This document shows positions 19,747 to 29,211 of a stretch of 64,000 nucleotides of DNA, piece by piece. The DNA is from an uncultured bacterium (GTDB lineage Bacteria; Babelota; Babeliae; Babelales; Vermiphilaceae): contig OY970172.1 of assembly GCA_963707655.1 (NCBI GenBank), forward strand, positions 800,001 through 864,000. The letters run 5' to 3'. The translations under genes and the position numbers were made by a program. The number at the start of each line of letters is the position of its first letter. The stretch's first letter is position 1. A model generated the notes under the pieces. That model was given only the letters and a program-made list of their open reading frames with translations, was not told the origin of the DNA and did no database searches.

Positions 19747-20961
19747 ATGATAGAATTTTTACAAGAGGTTGAAAAACCGATTGCTAAAATAATGGTGATA
19801 GGGGTCGGCGGTGCAGGCGGAAACACCGTTAATAGCATTATTGAATCTCGTTATGAACATATTGAGTGCGTTATTGCCAATACTGATGCTCAGGCATTGG
19901 AATTATCAAAAGCGCCATATAAAATCCAGCTGGGCATAAAATCAAGCAAGGGCCTTGGTGCCGGCGCTAATCCTGAAATTGGCAAGCGTGCAGCGGAAGA
20001 AGATATTGATAAAGTGATGGAGTTGGTTAAAGATGCCGATATCGTATTCTTAACCGGCGGCATGGGCGGCGGTACCGGTTCAGGTGCCTTGCCAGTAATT
20101 GCGCGTGCATTAAAAGAGTATGGCATTCTTACCATTGCGGTAGTCACCAAACCATTTGCTTTTGAAGGAAAGCGACGCGCAACTATAGCGCAAGACGCCC
20201 TTGAAGAGTTAAAAAAGAATGTTGATACATTAATTGTTATTCCAAATCAAAAATTGCTTGATGCGGTGGATCAAAAAGTATCAATGATTAATGCATTCGC
20301 CATGATCAATGAGGTTTTGGGCCATTGTGTAAAGGGTATTTCAGATATTATTACCAAGCCGGGTCATATCAATGTTGATTTTGCCGATGTAAAAACGGTT
20401 ATGGCAGGTCGCGGTATTGCCGTCATGGGAACGGGCCGCGCATCGGGTCTTGATCGCGCTGAACAAGCAGCACTTGATGCGATATCATCTCCATTGCTTG
20501 AGAACATGAGCATTGAAGGGGCACAGGGAATTCTGTTAAACATAACCGGCGGACAAGATCTGGGTCTGCATGAGATTAGCAAGATTGCTTCTATTATGCA
20601 TGAACAGGCGCACCAAAACGCACATATCATAATTGGGGCCGTAATTGATGAATCGATGCAAAATGAAATATGCGTTACCCTTATTGCAACCGGTTTTGAT
20701 GTCAACAAGAAAGAACAGACCATTGCTGTTGAAGTAAAAGCAAAAGGAGCCGTTCGTGCTGATGAAATAGTGGCAAAGATTGTTGAAAAAGAAGCAGTTC
20801 AATACCAAGCTTCTGAAGTATCGGCCGCTATGAGCAGCGATGAGCAACATGAAGAAATCCCCGCCGCGCATCCAGTCAATGAAATGCAAAATCATGGCTC
20901 GTTGGATGTGCATGATCTTGACGTGCCAACATTTTTGCGCAAAGAAATATCACGCCAGTAA
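19747..20961 (+). CDS. ftsZ: Cell division protein FtsZ
   Basis: GVGGAGGN, GMGGGTGSG, INVDFADV, C-terminal LDVPTFLRK. Confidence 0.98.
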   Translation: MIEFLQEVEKPIAKIMVIGVGGAGGNTVNSIIESRYEHIECVIANTDAQALELSKAPYKIQLGIKSSKGLGAGANPEIGKRAAEEDIDKVMELVKDADIVFLTGGMGGGTGSGALPVIARALKEYGILTIAVVTKPFAFEGKRRATIAQDALEELKKNVDTLIVIPNQKLLDAVDQKVSMINAFAMINEVLGHCVKGISDIITKPGHINVDFADVKTVMAGRGIAVMGTGRASGLDRAEQAALDAISSPLLENMSIEGAQGILLNITGGQDLGLHEISKIASIMHEQAHQNAHIIIGAVIDESMQNEICVTLIATGFDVNKKEQTIAVEVKAKGAVRADEIVAKIVEKEAVQYQASEVSAAMSSDEQHEEIPAAHPVNEMQNHGSLDVHDLDVPTFLRKEISRQ

Positions 20962-20971
20962 TAGGTAAGAA

Positions 20972-21003
20972 ACAAGCCCGATGCAAAAATGCATCGGGCT
21001 TGT
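20972..21003. terminator. Hairpin terminator after ftsZ (probably bidirectional)
   Basis: ACAAGCCCGATGCA-AAAA-TGCATCGGGCTTGT, a perfect 14-bp stem. Confidence 0.8.
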
Positions 21004-21074
21004 ATTATTTTAAAGTTTGAACAAAACCAGTATATAATCACTTGTTTATATTCGAGCAAAGATCGGTCACAAGA

Positions 21075-21431
21075 TCAAGATTCTGTTTGCTCTTCGTCCT
21101 GCTTGTTGTAGTCCATAATGAATTCTTTAAGCATAGCATGTGTCTTTGAGCCAGTAACATCGATTGTAACATGATTTGCCGGGTCTTTGGAATCAACAAC
21201 CGAGAAAAGGGCTTTATACTCCCCCGCGCTAGATAGACTAGACCAAATGATACTCTGGTCTATGAACATTACGCTGAATCTTTCAGAACCATCACTACCG
21301 ATGCATTCGGCTACATGGCTTACCTGGGATGCATCAATTGCTGCTATCTCTGGTAGTGGTGGCTGATCATCCATGCCAAGTGCGCTTGATAGTGTACAAA
21401 ATAATCCCGCCAAAACAACTATTTGTTTCAT
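21075..21431 (-). CDS. Secreted hypothetical protein
   Basis: Signal peptide MKQIVVLAGLFCTLSSALG. GAGG RBS. Confidence 0.75.
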   Translation of the reverse strand: MKQIVVLAGLFCTLSSALGMDDQPPLPEIAAIDASQVSHVAECIGSDGSERFSVMFIDQSIIWSSLSSAGEYKALFSVVDSKDPANHVTIDVTGSKTHAMLKEFIMDYNKQDEEQTES

Positions 21432-21462
21432 GGTTTGTTCCTCATCTTGACCATTATATTAT

Positions 21463-23415
21463 TTATCGTAATTGTGTTCCGTTAGGAACCAGCGCTGCCG
21501 GTGCAACAATTTGCAGTTTGCCCATGGCGTCTTCAGCAAAGAGCATCATGCCTTGTGATTCAGAGCCCATCATTTTACGTGGATGTAAATTAAACACAAA
21601 GGTTCCCTGTTTGCCGATCAACTCTTCAGGCGCATAGTGCTTGCGGATGCCAGAAAAAATTTGGCGCTTGCCCTGCGGGCCAAAGTCAACGTGTAACTTG
21701 AGCAGCTTGTCTGACTTTTCAACAAACTCTGCTTGTTCTATCATGCCAACCAAAAGCTCAACTTTAAGAAAATCATCAATAGCGATTAAGGGAGTTGTTG
21801 GTTTTATTTCTTCCTGTTCCTGCATAGGTTCTTCACTTTCTTTGTCTAATGGGCGCTCAAAGAGCACCGGAATTTTCATAAATACAAATTTTTGCTGCCA
21901 ATTGCCCAACGCTATTTTTTCAAAATCATGGGCTACATCGAGCTTTACACCAAGGCTGCTCAGCAATTGCTCCATCTTACTCGGCATTACTGGCCAGAGT
22001 ATGGTTGCAACAAGCTGCAAACCATGGGCCGTTGCAGATAATATTTGTTTGAAGAGATCAGGGTTGTTTTTTGCAACTTTCCACGGCTCTTGCGCGTGAA
22101 AATAAGCGTTTATGCGATTAATATAGCTCCACACAGATGCTAGGGCCATATGAATAAGCGCATCTGCCATATATAATTTCACCTCTGCAACCATGTGCAT
22201 ACCCGCATCACGTAATTCAACTGCCGCACCCGACCATGGAGCCGAAGCTTCAAGAACCATAGCGTCATATTTTTCTGCTAAGGTCACCAAGCGGTTGAGC
22301 AAATTGCCCAGATCATTGGCCAAATCGGATGAAACACGCTGCTCAAGATCATTAATATCAAACTCACTGTCATGCGTAATAGCCAACTGGCGCAAGAGGT
22401 AATAGCGCACCGGTTCTACCCCATAACGTTCAGCCAGAACCAATGGATCAACAACATTGCCAAATGATTTTGACATTTTTTGTTGATTCATTTTAATCCA
22501 ACCATGCACAATTAAGCGCTTGGGCATTGGTAAATCAGAAGCCATCAAAAACGCTGGCCAGAATACCGCATGAAAGCGAACAATGTCTTTGCCCAGAACC
22601 TGCATATCTGCCGGCCACCAGAAATTAAATTCTTTCTCTTTTCCCGCCTCATTGAAGCCAATGGCGGTAATATAATTTGCCAGCGCATCGGCCCAGACAT
22701 AGGCAACATGCTTGGTATCATTGGGAAATGGAATTCCCCAAGAGATGGTGGTACGTGAAATGCTTAAATCTTTTAATCCCGATTGCACAAAGTTAATGAC
22801 TTCAGCAAACCGCTCTTTAGGCTGAATAAAATTAGGATGTTGCTGATAAAAAAGAAGCAATTTTTCTTGATAGGCAGATAATCTGAAGAAGTAGGTCTCT
22901 TCAGAAAGATAGTGTGTTGGTCGACCGCATGAAGGGCAGGCCGGTCCGGCTTCACCCGCTTTTACCGTCTCATATTCTTTTTCAGTGACAAATGTTTCAT
23001 CTGAAGTGCAATACCAACCGGTATATACTGATTTGTAAATATCACCTTTTTGCTGCAGCTGCTCGAGCCACAACTGCACCGCTTTTACATGTTCAGGGTC
23101 AGTGGTACGAATAAATTTAGTATAATCAATCTCATACTGTTTCCATGCATCTTGATAGGCAGGAATAAAGCTATCAACAAATTCTTTTGGAGCCATGCCA
23201 ACTTTTTCTGCTGCCTGCGCTATTTTTTGTCCATGCTCATCGGTACCGGTGAGAAAAAATACTTTTTTCCCTAAAAGCTTGTTCCAACGGGCAAGCGCAT
23301 CGGCAATCAAGGTTGAATAAAGGGAGCCAAGATGCGGCTTTGCGGTGACATAATAAATTGGGGTAGTGATATAAAATTTTTGTTCTTGATTATTCATTGA
23401 TAAAAATTCTTTCAT
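21463..23415 (-). CDS. metG: Methionine--tRNA ligase with C-terminal tRNA-binding OB domain
   Basis: YITTPIYYV..PHLG, TGTDEHGQK, GKDIVRFH, KMSKS, C-terminal RKMMGSESQGM. Start may be 23397. Confidence 0.97.
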   Translation of the reverse strand: MKEFLSMNNQEQKFYITTPIYYVTAKPHLGSLYSTLIADALARWNKLLGKKVFFLTGTDEHGQKIAQAAEKVGMAPKEFVDSFIPAYQDAWKQYEIDYTKFIRTTDPEHVKAVQLWLEQLQQKGDIYKSVYTGWYCTSDETFVTEKEYETVKAGEAGPACPSCGRPTHYLSEETYFFRLSAYQEKLLLFYQQHPNFIQPKERFAEVINFVQSGLKDLSISRTTISWGIPFPNDTKHVAYVWADALANYITAIGFNEAGKEKEFNFWWPADMQVLGKDIVRFHAVFWPAFLMASDLPMPKRLIVHGWIKMNQQKMSKSFGNVVDPLVLAERYGVEPVRYYLLRQLAITHDSEFDINDLEQRVSSDLANDLGNLLNRLVTLAEKYDAMVLEASAPWSGAAVELRDAGMHMVAEVKLYMADALIHMALASVWSYINRINAYFHAQEPWKVAKNNPDLFKQILSATAHGLQLVATILWPVMPSKMEQLLSSLGVKLDVAHDFEKIALGNWQQKFVFMKIPVLFERPLDKESEEPMQEQEEIKPTTPLIAIDDFLKVELLVGMIEQAEFVEKSDKLLKLHVDFGPQGKRQIFSGIRKHYAPEELIGKQGTFVFNLHPRKMMGSESQGMMLFAEDAMGKLQIVAPAALVPNGTQLR

Positions 23416-23420
23416 ATAGT

Positions 23421-24494
23421 TTATCTGCTCATAACAGCGATCCAGATATCATTCACTACATTTTGCGGAATAACATCTTTAAAAAAATGAAGCTTGGCAA
23501 ATTGTTCATCTGACGGACAAAAACCTTCGGGTATCAGCTGTGCATCCTCATAAACAGGCGAGCAAAATCCAAATTTTTTACGGTGATACTCAATTACTTC
23601 AGCAGTATACAGATAATTGATAAACTGATAAATCATTTCATCTTTTTCTGTAGCAGCAGAAATTACTATTGAATCAACAAAAACAAAGCTTCCTTCTTCC
23701 GGAACTAAAAAGTCGATGTGTGGATGTTCTGATTTTATTTTGTAAATATCAGGACTCACTGCCAAAGCAACCGGACAACCGTTTGACGTTAAAAGATACT
23801 CAGAGCGCGACTCTGAGTAAGCCTCTACCCATTTTTTTTGTTCTATTAAAAGAGACTTGATCGCCTCGATTGTCTTTTTGTCATAGGTTAAATCGATCGT
23901 GCCAAACAAATAATAAGCGGCCATCAACACCGCTTCTCGCGACTCATCAGACATGCCAATACCATACGGCGCGAGTTGTGGATCAAATATTAATTTCCAT
24001 GTTGGTTGCGGCAATTCGCCACCAAAAAAATTTCTATTAACTCCTATGCCATAGATTCCCCAAAAATAGGGCAGAGAGTAATCATTCGCCGGATCACAAT
24101 AGTTCCCGAGCAAAACTTTATTGAGTCGATTAAAAAAATTCAGTCGTGAGCGATCAATTTTTTTAATTAATTTTTCTTTAATGAGCAACTCAACCGTATA
24201 ATCGGTAGGCATGATAATGTCATAGCCTTTGCCGGAAGAGGCTTGTAGCTTGCCAAATAACTCCTGATTACTTTCGTAATAAGAAATGTGCAATTTAATG
24301 CCGCTCTCTTTTTCAAATGCAGTTAAATAACGAGAATCAAGAATTGATGGCCATGTAAAAATGGTCAAACTACGCTCGTGATGGAACATGCGGAAAAAAG
24401 CCGGCGCGTATAAAAATCCTATTAATGCAATAATCCAGAAAGCGACGATGCAGACGCGTATCAGCACGGTATTCGAAGAATGAAATCTACTCAT
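23421..24494 (-). CDS. potD: Spermidine/putrescine ABC substrate-binding protein (copy 2)
   Basis: FEKESGIK, YESNQEL, YDIIMPTDY, YSLPYFWG, PEEGS. N-terminal TM anchor. Confidence 0.85.
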   Translation of the reverse strand: MSRFHSSNTVLIRVCIVAFWIIALIGFLYAPAFFRMFHHERSLTIFTWPSILDSRYLTAFEKESGIKLHISYYESNQELFGKLQASSGKGYDIIMPTDYTVELLIKEKLIKKIDRSRLNFFNRLNKVLLGNYCDPANDYSLPYFWGIYGIGVNRNFFGGELPQPTWKLIFDPQLAPYGIGMSDESREAVLMAAYYLFGTIDLTYDKKTIEAIKSLLIEQKKWVEAYSESRSEYLLTSNGCPVALAVSPDIYKIKSEHPHIDFLVPEEGSFVFVDSIVISAATEKDEMIYQFINYLYTAEVIEYHRKKFGFCSPVYEDAQLIPEGFCPSDEQFAKLHFFKDVIPQNVVNDIWIAVMSR

Positions 24495-24520
24495 TGAGCG
24501 ACTTTTCTTATCATTTTTAG

Positions 24521-25576
24521 TTAATTCTTACTCATAACAGTAATCCAAATTTCATTCACTAATTCCTGAGGCACCACGTTCTCAAAAAAATGAAGCTTAT
24601 CAAATTGGTAGGAACAGTATTTGTTTTCACTCGTCTCCAGCGGCGAACAGAAGCCATATAGGCCGGTGTGATGCTCGATAGAATCTGCCGCGTAGAGATA
24701 ATTGATAAACTGATAGATCATATCATCTTTAACCGTATTCTTGGGAATAACAAGTGAATCTATGAAAATAAAACTTCCCTCATGAGGCAAAAGAAAATCA
24801 AGATAAGGGAATTCATGTTGCGCTTTATAAATATCGGTACTGAGCGCAAATACAACCGGCGCAGCCTCCGATGTTAATAAATATTCAGAGCGTGATTCCG
24901 TGTATGCTTCAACCGATTTTTTCTGCTCCGTTAAAAGCGCAATGATTTTATCAGTATTCTCACGCGACCATTCAATATCTATGGTGCCGAAAAGATAAAA
25001 GGCTGCAAGAAGAATCGCCTCGCGCGCTTCATCGGTCATACCTACGCGATAACCATTTTTTGCCGCATTAAAAAGCAGCTGCCAATGGGCCTGTGGCATC
25101 CCGCCGGTGAAATAATTTTTGTTAATGCCAATACCGTATACTCCCCAGAAAAATGGCAATGAATATTGATTGCCCGGATCAAAGTAACGGTCCACTAAAT
25201 TTTTATTGAGTGACGAGAAAAAACCTAGTCTTGAATGGTCAATTTTTTTTATCAAACCCTCTTGAATCATCAATTTCACGGTAAAATCAGAAGGCAAAAT
25301 AATATCATACCCAGTGGCTGATCCAGCCTGCAATTTACTAAAAAGCTCCTGATTGCTTTCGTAGTAGGTAATATAGAGCTTGATGCCGGTCTCTTTTTCA
25401 AATTTTTGTAAATACTGGGGATCAAGAATTGTTGGCCATGTAAAAATAGTGAGACTCCGCTCTTGATGAAACATTCTCAGCAAAGCGGGCGCATAGAGAA
25501 AGACCAACAGACAAAGAAACCAAAATACTACGATGCCAATGCGCACCAAAGAGGTTATAACTTGAGTCTTTTTCAT
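24521..25576 (-). CDS. potD: Spermidine/putrescine ABC substrate-binding protein (copy 1)
   Basis: FEKETGIK, YESNQEL, YDIILPSDF, YSLPFFWG, PHEGS. Confidence 0.85.
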   Translation of the reverse strand: MKKTQVITSLVRIGIVVFWFLCLLVFLYAPALLRMFHQERSLTIFTWPTILDPQYLQKFEKETGIKLYITYYESNQELFSKLQAGSATGYDIILPSDFTVKLMIQEGLIKKIDHSRLGFFSSLNKNLVDRYFDPGNQYSLPFFWGVYGIGINKNYFTGGMPQAHWQLLFNAAKNGYRVGMTDEAREAILLAAFYLFGTIDIEWSRENTDKIIALLTEQKKSVEAYTESRSEYLLTSEAAPVVFALSTDIYKAQHEFPYLDFLLPHEGSFIFIDSLVIPKNTVKDDMIYQFINYLYAADSIEHHTGLYGFCSPLETSENKYCSYQFDKLHFFENVVPQELVNEIWITVMSKN

Positions 25577-26361
25577 TCCGCAACATCCGCCTTTTTAATG
25601 GTGAGTAATGAATAGAGCAATACTGCAACACTGCTCATCAACAACAAGAGGGTTGAAACAGCATTCACCAGTGGCGTTTCACCCGAGCGAATTAACGAGA
25701 AGATATACATGGGCAACGTTTGCGTTGAACCACCTGCAGTGAAAAATGAAATAACAAAATCATCAAGCGATATAATAAACACTAAAACCGCGCTTGCGAT
25801 AATGGCAGGTAACAGTAATGGCAAAATAATGCGTAGTAATGTTTGCGTTGGCGTAGCCCCCAGATCGAGCGATGCCTCCATGTAACGGTAGTCAAGTTCG
25901 GCAAAGCGCGATTGCACGAGAGGAATAACATAACCCAAGCCAATGAGCGTGTGACCCGCAATTAAACTGGTAAGACCAAGCGGAATTGAAAAAAAAGAAA
26001 AGAAGATAAGCAATCCAACGGCAAGCACAATTTCAGGGGCTGCAAGATTGCCATAAAAGAGCACAATAGCTCTGCTCAATCTGCTCTGTGCGCTGTAGAA
26101 AATAAAACAGACCCCCATAACAACGCTCAATGCGGTAGCGGAACAGGCAACTATTAAAGAATTTTTTAAAGCACTTAAAATATCAACCGACTCAAATAAT
26201 TCTTTATACCAATGCAATGAGAATCCTGTCCAATGTGATGTGCCGCCACTTTCATTAAAAGAAAAAGCGATAAGCACAAAAATTGGAATATACAGAAAGA
26301 GATACACCAAAATCATGATCAACGGCAGACAATACCCGGCAAAAAAGGAACGGTGATTCAT
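25573..26361 (-). CDS. potC: Polyamine ABC permease PotC
   Basis: FLYIPI..LIAFSFN, EASLDLGA EAA motif, SLDDF. Confidence 0.9.
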   Translation of the reverse strand: MNHRSFFAGYCLPLIMILVYLFLYIPIFVLIAFSFNESGGTSHWTGFSLHWYKELFESVDILSALKNSLIVACSATALSVVMGVCFIFYSAQSRLSRAIVLFYGNLAAPEIVLAVGLLIFFSFFSIPLGLTSLIAGHTLIGLGYVIPLVQSRFAELDYRYMEASLDLGATPTQTLLRIILPLLLPAIIASAVLVFIISLDDFVISFFTAGGSTQTLPMYIFSLIRSGETPLVNAVSTLLLLMSSVAVLLYSLLTIKKADVAE

Positions 26362-27236
26362 AAGTTATTCCTTTTAGAAACAGAAGTAAGACGCTTAAAA
26401 TATGATTGAATAACGGCAACAAGGGCTATAAGAATCAACCCTGCCAAACAGGTGAACGCGGCGCCGGTATAGACATCACGCGAGACGAGAAAATATTGCT
26501 CTATTAATGAACCAATGTAAAAGCTCTTTGTGCCACCCAACAATGCGGGAATCACAAACTCACCAAAACTGGGTACAAATACCAAAAAGAATCCTGTTTT
26601 AATGCCACCCAAAGAAAGCGGCCACGTTACGCGTAAAAATGTTTGCAATGGACCCGCCCCCAAATCAAGCGAAGCCTCTATCAACTTACGATCTATTTTT
26701 TCTAGCGCCGTGTACAATGGCAATATCATAAAAGGTAAATAACAATAGGCCATTACCAAATAAATAGCCAACTGGGTGTTGAGAAGATGCAATGGGGCTG
26801 AAATAAGACCTATTTTCAATAAAATACTGTTAATTAAACCATATTTTTCGAGCACAAAAAACCATGCGTATGCCTGCACCAGCAAACTGGTCCAAAAAGG
26901 TAAAACAAGCAAAAAGAGCAAAACGTGCTTCATGCGCTTGATGCGAAACACCAAGAAATAAACAACGGGATACGCACACAGCAAACATAAAACGGCATTC
27001 ACGAATGCCAAGATTGTTGAGCGGGCAATAATACGAAAATAGATTGGATTGAAAAGCGACCAATAATTACTCAAGGTAAAAAACATTGAATCCTGGAAAG
27101 GTCTGATGAGACTCATGCCAACAATAGAAACAAGGGGAATACACAAGAATAAAATTTCCCAAAGCAATGCCGGCGTACTCATAAATAAGTAGAGCTGGCT
27201 AGCAATTCCTTTTGAAGTAAGAGCGCGATTTTTCAT
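26358..27236 (-). CDS. potB: Polyamine ABC permease PotB
   Basis: LPFWTS, YLPFMILPLY, EASLDLGA, FVIPALLGG. Confidence 0.9.
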   Translation of the reverse strand: MKNRALTSKGIASQLYLFMSTPALLWEILFLCIPLVSIVGMSLIRPFQDSMFFTLSNYWSLFNPIYFRIIARSTILAFVNAVLCLLCAYPVVYFLVFRIKRMKHVLLFLLVLPFWTSLLVQAYAWFFVLEKYGLINSILLKIGLISAPLHLLNTQLAIYLVMAYCYLPFMILPLYTALEKIDRKLIEASLDLGAGPLQTFLRVTWPLSLGGIKTGFFLVFVPSFGEFVIPALLGGTKSFYIGSLIEQYFLVSRDVYTGAAFTCLAGLILIALVAVIQSYFKRLTSVSKRNNL

Positions 27237-28324
27237 CGTTCAAGCACCACCACGTTTTCTTTTTGCCAATACAAATAGACTTCATCATCATAATCAATCA
27301 CTTCTTGCGGAAAGTGCTCCTCATTCTGCTCAAACACCTGCAATATGTGATTATCGGCGATCCGTACATTGTACTGCGTTGATCTACCGTGATACACGAT
27401 CGACTGAACAATCCCCTTGAGCATATTTGAAAAACCTGCCAAAGGAATCTTACTAATTTCAATTTTTTCGGGCCGCAGACTCATCAACACCGTTGCACCC
27501 GGACGCGCCCACTCCTTAGTCCGTGCAATAACCACCTCGAATTCCCCCAACCCATCAACTCTCAGCGTTTGTCGAGCCCCGTCATCATGAAAAACTCCCT
27601 CAATAACATTGGTAGTTCCCACAAACTTGGCTACAAATGATGAAACGGGAAATTCGTAAATCTCTTTTGGTGTACCGATTTGCTCAATGTGACCATCATG
27701 GTTCATTATTGCCATGTTGTCTGCAACGGTTAATGCCTCAAACTGGTCGTGAGTTACGTATACAAAGGTAGTATTCAATGAGCTCTGCAAATCAATCAAT
27801 TCAAGGAGCATGCGTTCGCGTAATTTAAAATCAAGCGCGGCCAACGGTTCATCCAACAATAAGACTGCCGGCTCATTAACCACTGCCCGAGCAAGAGCAA
27901 CGCGCTGTTGTTGTCCACCGGAAAGCTGATTGATTGATTTATACATATGCTTTTCAAGATTCACTGCCTTGAGTATCTTGCTCACTTTTTGCTCGATAAT
28001 CTCTTTTGCGACTCTTTTCACGCGCAACCCGTAGGCAACATTTTCAAAAACATTGAGATGAGGAAAAAGCGCATAATTTTGGAAAATGGTATTGATGTGC
28101 CGCTCATTAATGGGAACATGCGTAATGTCTTGATCACCCAGATAAATTTTGCCCGCATCTACCGATTCAAAGCCTGCTATAAGACGCAATAAAGTAGTTT
28201 TACCGCTTCCGCTTGGCCCCAACAGCGCAAAAAACTTGCCACTGGGAATAATAAGGCTCAAATTATCTATAATGACTTCGCCATCATAGGATTTTGTGAT
28301 GTTTTCCAGTCTAATGCTTCTCAT
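27233..28324 (-). CDS. potA: Polyamine ABC ATP-binding protein PotA
   Basis: GPSGSGKT, FQNYALFPHL, LSGGQQQRVALAR, LLLDEP, TOBE domain. Confidence 0.92.
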   Translation of the reverse strand: MRSIRLENITKSYDGEVIIDNLSLIIPSGKFFALLGPSGSGKTTLLRLIAGFESVDAGKIYLGDQDITHVPINERHINTIFQNYALFPHLNVFENVAYGLRVKRVAKEIIEQKVSKILKAVNLEKHMYKSINQLSGGQQQRVALARAVVNEPAVLLLDEPLAALDFKLRERMLLELIDLQSSLNTTFVYVTHDQFEALTVADNMAIMNHDGHIEQIGTPKEIYEFPVSSFVAKFVGTTNVIEGVFHDDGARQTLRVDGLGEFEVVIARTKEWARPGATVLMSLRPEKIEISKIPLAGFSNMLKGIVQSIVYHGRSTQYNVRIADNHILQVFEQNEEHFPQEVIDYDDEVYLYWQKENVVVLER

Positions 28325-28356
28325 TGTCTATGTATCACCATCTTATTAAGAATGTT

Positions 28357-29067
28357 TTACTGTTTTTTTCTATGCCAGCGGGCCACTGCCATAGGGACCA
28401 CGACATCAGCAAGTGTGCAGGGAATAACCACCGCAAACACTAAAAATAAAAAGACCGGACCTATCTGTTTATACCAGGTAAGGTAGCCGTGCGAAACCAA
28501 ATAAAAGCTCGACGCCAGTGCACTGATCAAAATATGGAAAAAGTGTGAAAACACCGAATAATAACCTTGTCGAGATATGTGGTGCCTACTCATTACAATA
28601 CCATTAAACACGCCGGCAATGAGAAAAGGAATAACATTAGGCAGTTCGGTTAAAAAGCATAGGTGAAAATGCATATCTACGCCAAGCATTCTGCCGCCGA
28701 TATAAGGCAAAATAGAATCGGAGAGAGTACAAAAAATTATGGGGGTAAAAATTCCAACAGCCAAACCGCGCCACCAATTTTGAGAAAATCTAAAATAAGT
28801 GATCAAGGTCCCTGTTGCCGCAAATACGATATGCATAAAGTGAAAGCTGTGAAAAAGCAGCTTGGTTTGCTTGCGCATTATTGACGCTTCTATGCCGCTC
28901 AGCGAGATCGCACCAAAGAAACTCAACAAAATAAGGCACAATGCCACAGAAAAAATCGCGTACGGAATATGGTGAATCAGTTCGTCCCACATGCCGTGAT
29001 TATGGTCGTGATGGTCCCCGTCATGATGATGGTGATCATGAGAAATATTGGAATGTTTGTCGTTCAT
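28357..29067 (-). CDS. His-rich polytopic membrane protein, possible metal transporter
   Basis: N-terminal HDHHHHDGDHHDHNH. About 7 TM helices with intramembrane His (HSFHFMH, SHFFH). Confidence 0.7.
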   Translation of the reverse strand: MNDKHSNISHDHHHHDGDHHDHNHGMWDELIHHIPYAIFSVALCLILLSFFGAISLSGIEASIMRKQTKLLFHSFHFMHIVFAATGTLITYFRFSQNWWRGLAVGIFTPIIFCTLSDSILPYIGGRMLGVDMHFHLCFLTELPNVIPFLIAGVFNGIVMSRHHISRQGYYSVFSHFFHILISALASSFYLVSHGYLTWYKQIGPVFLFLVFAVVIPCTLADVVVPMAVARWHRKKQ

Positions 29068-29211
29068 AAAAAGATACCCCTAAATTATATATTTTATTGT
29101 CTTAAAATTTGCCCCAAAAAAGCAATACATTGTGCAATGCATCTTATCGTTACAAGATAAGCTTTTTTGTGTAAAAATCAAACAATAATTTCGCCTCATT
29201 GTAGCGGTTTT

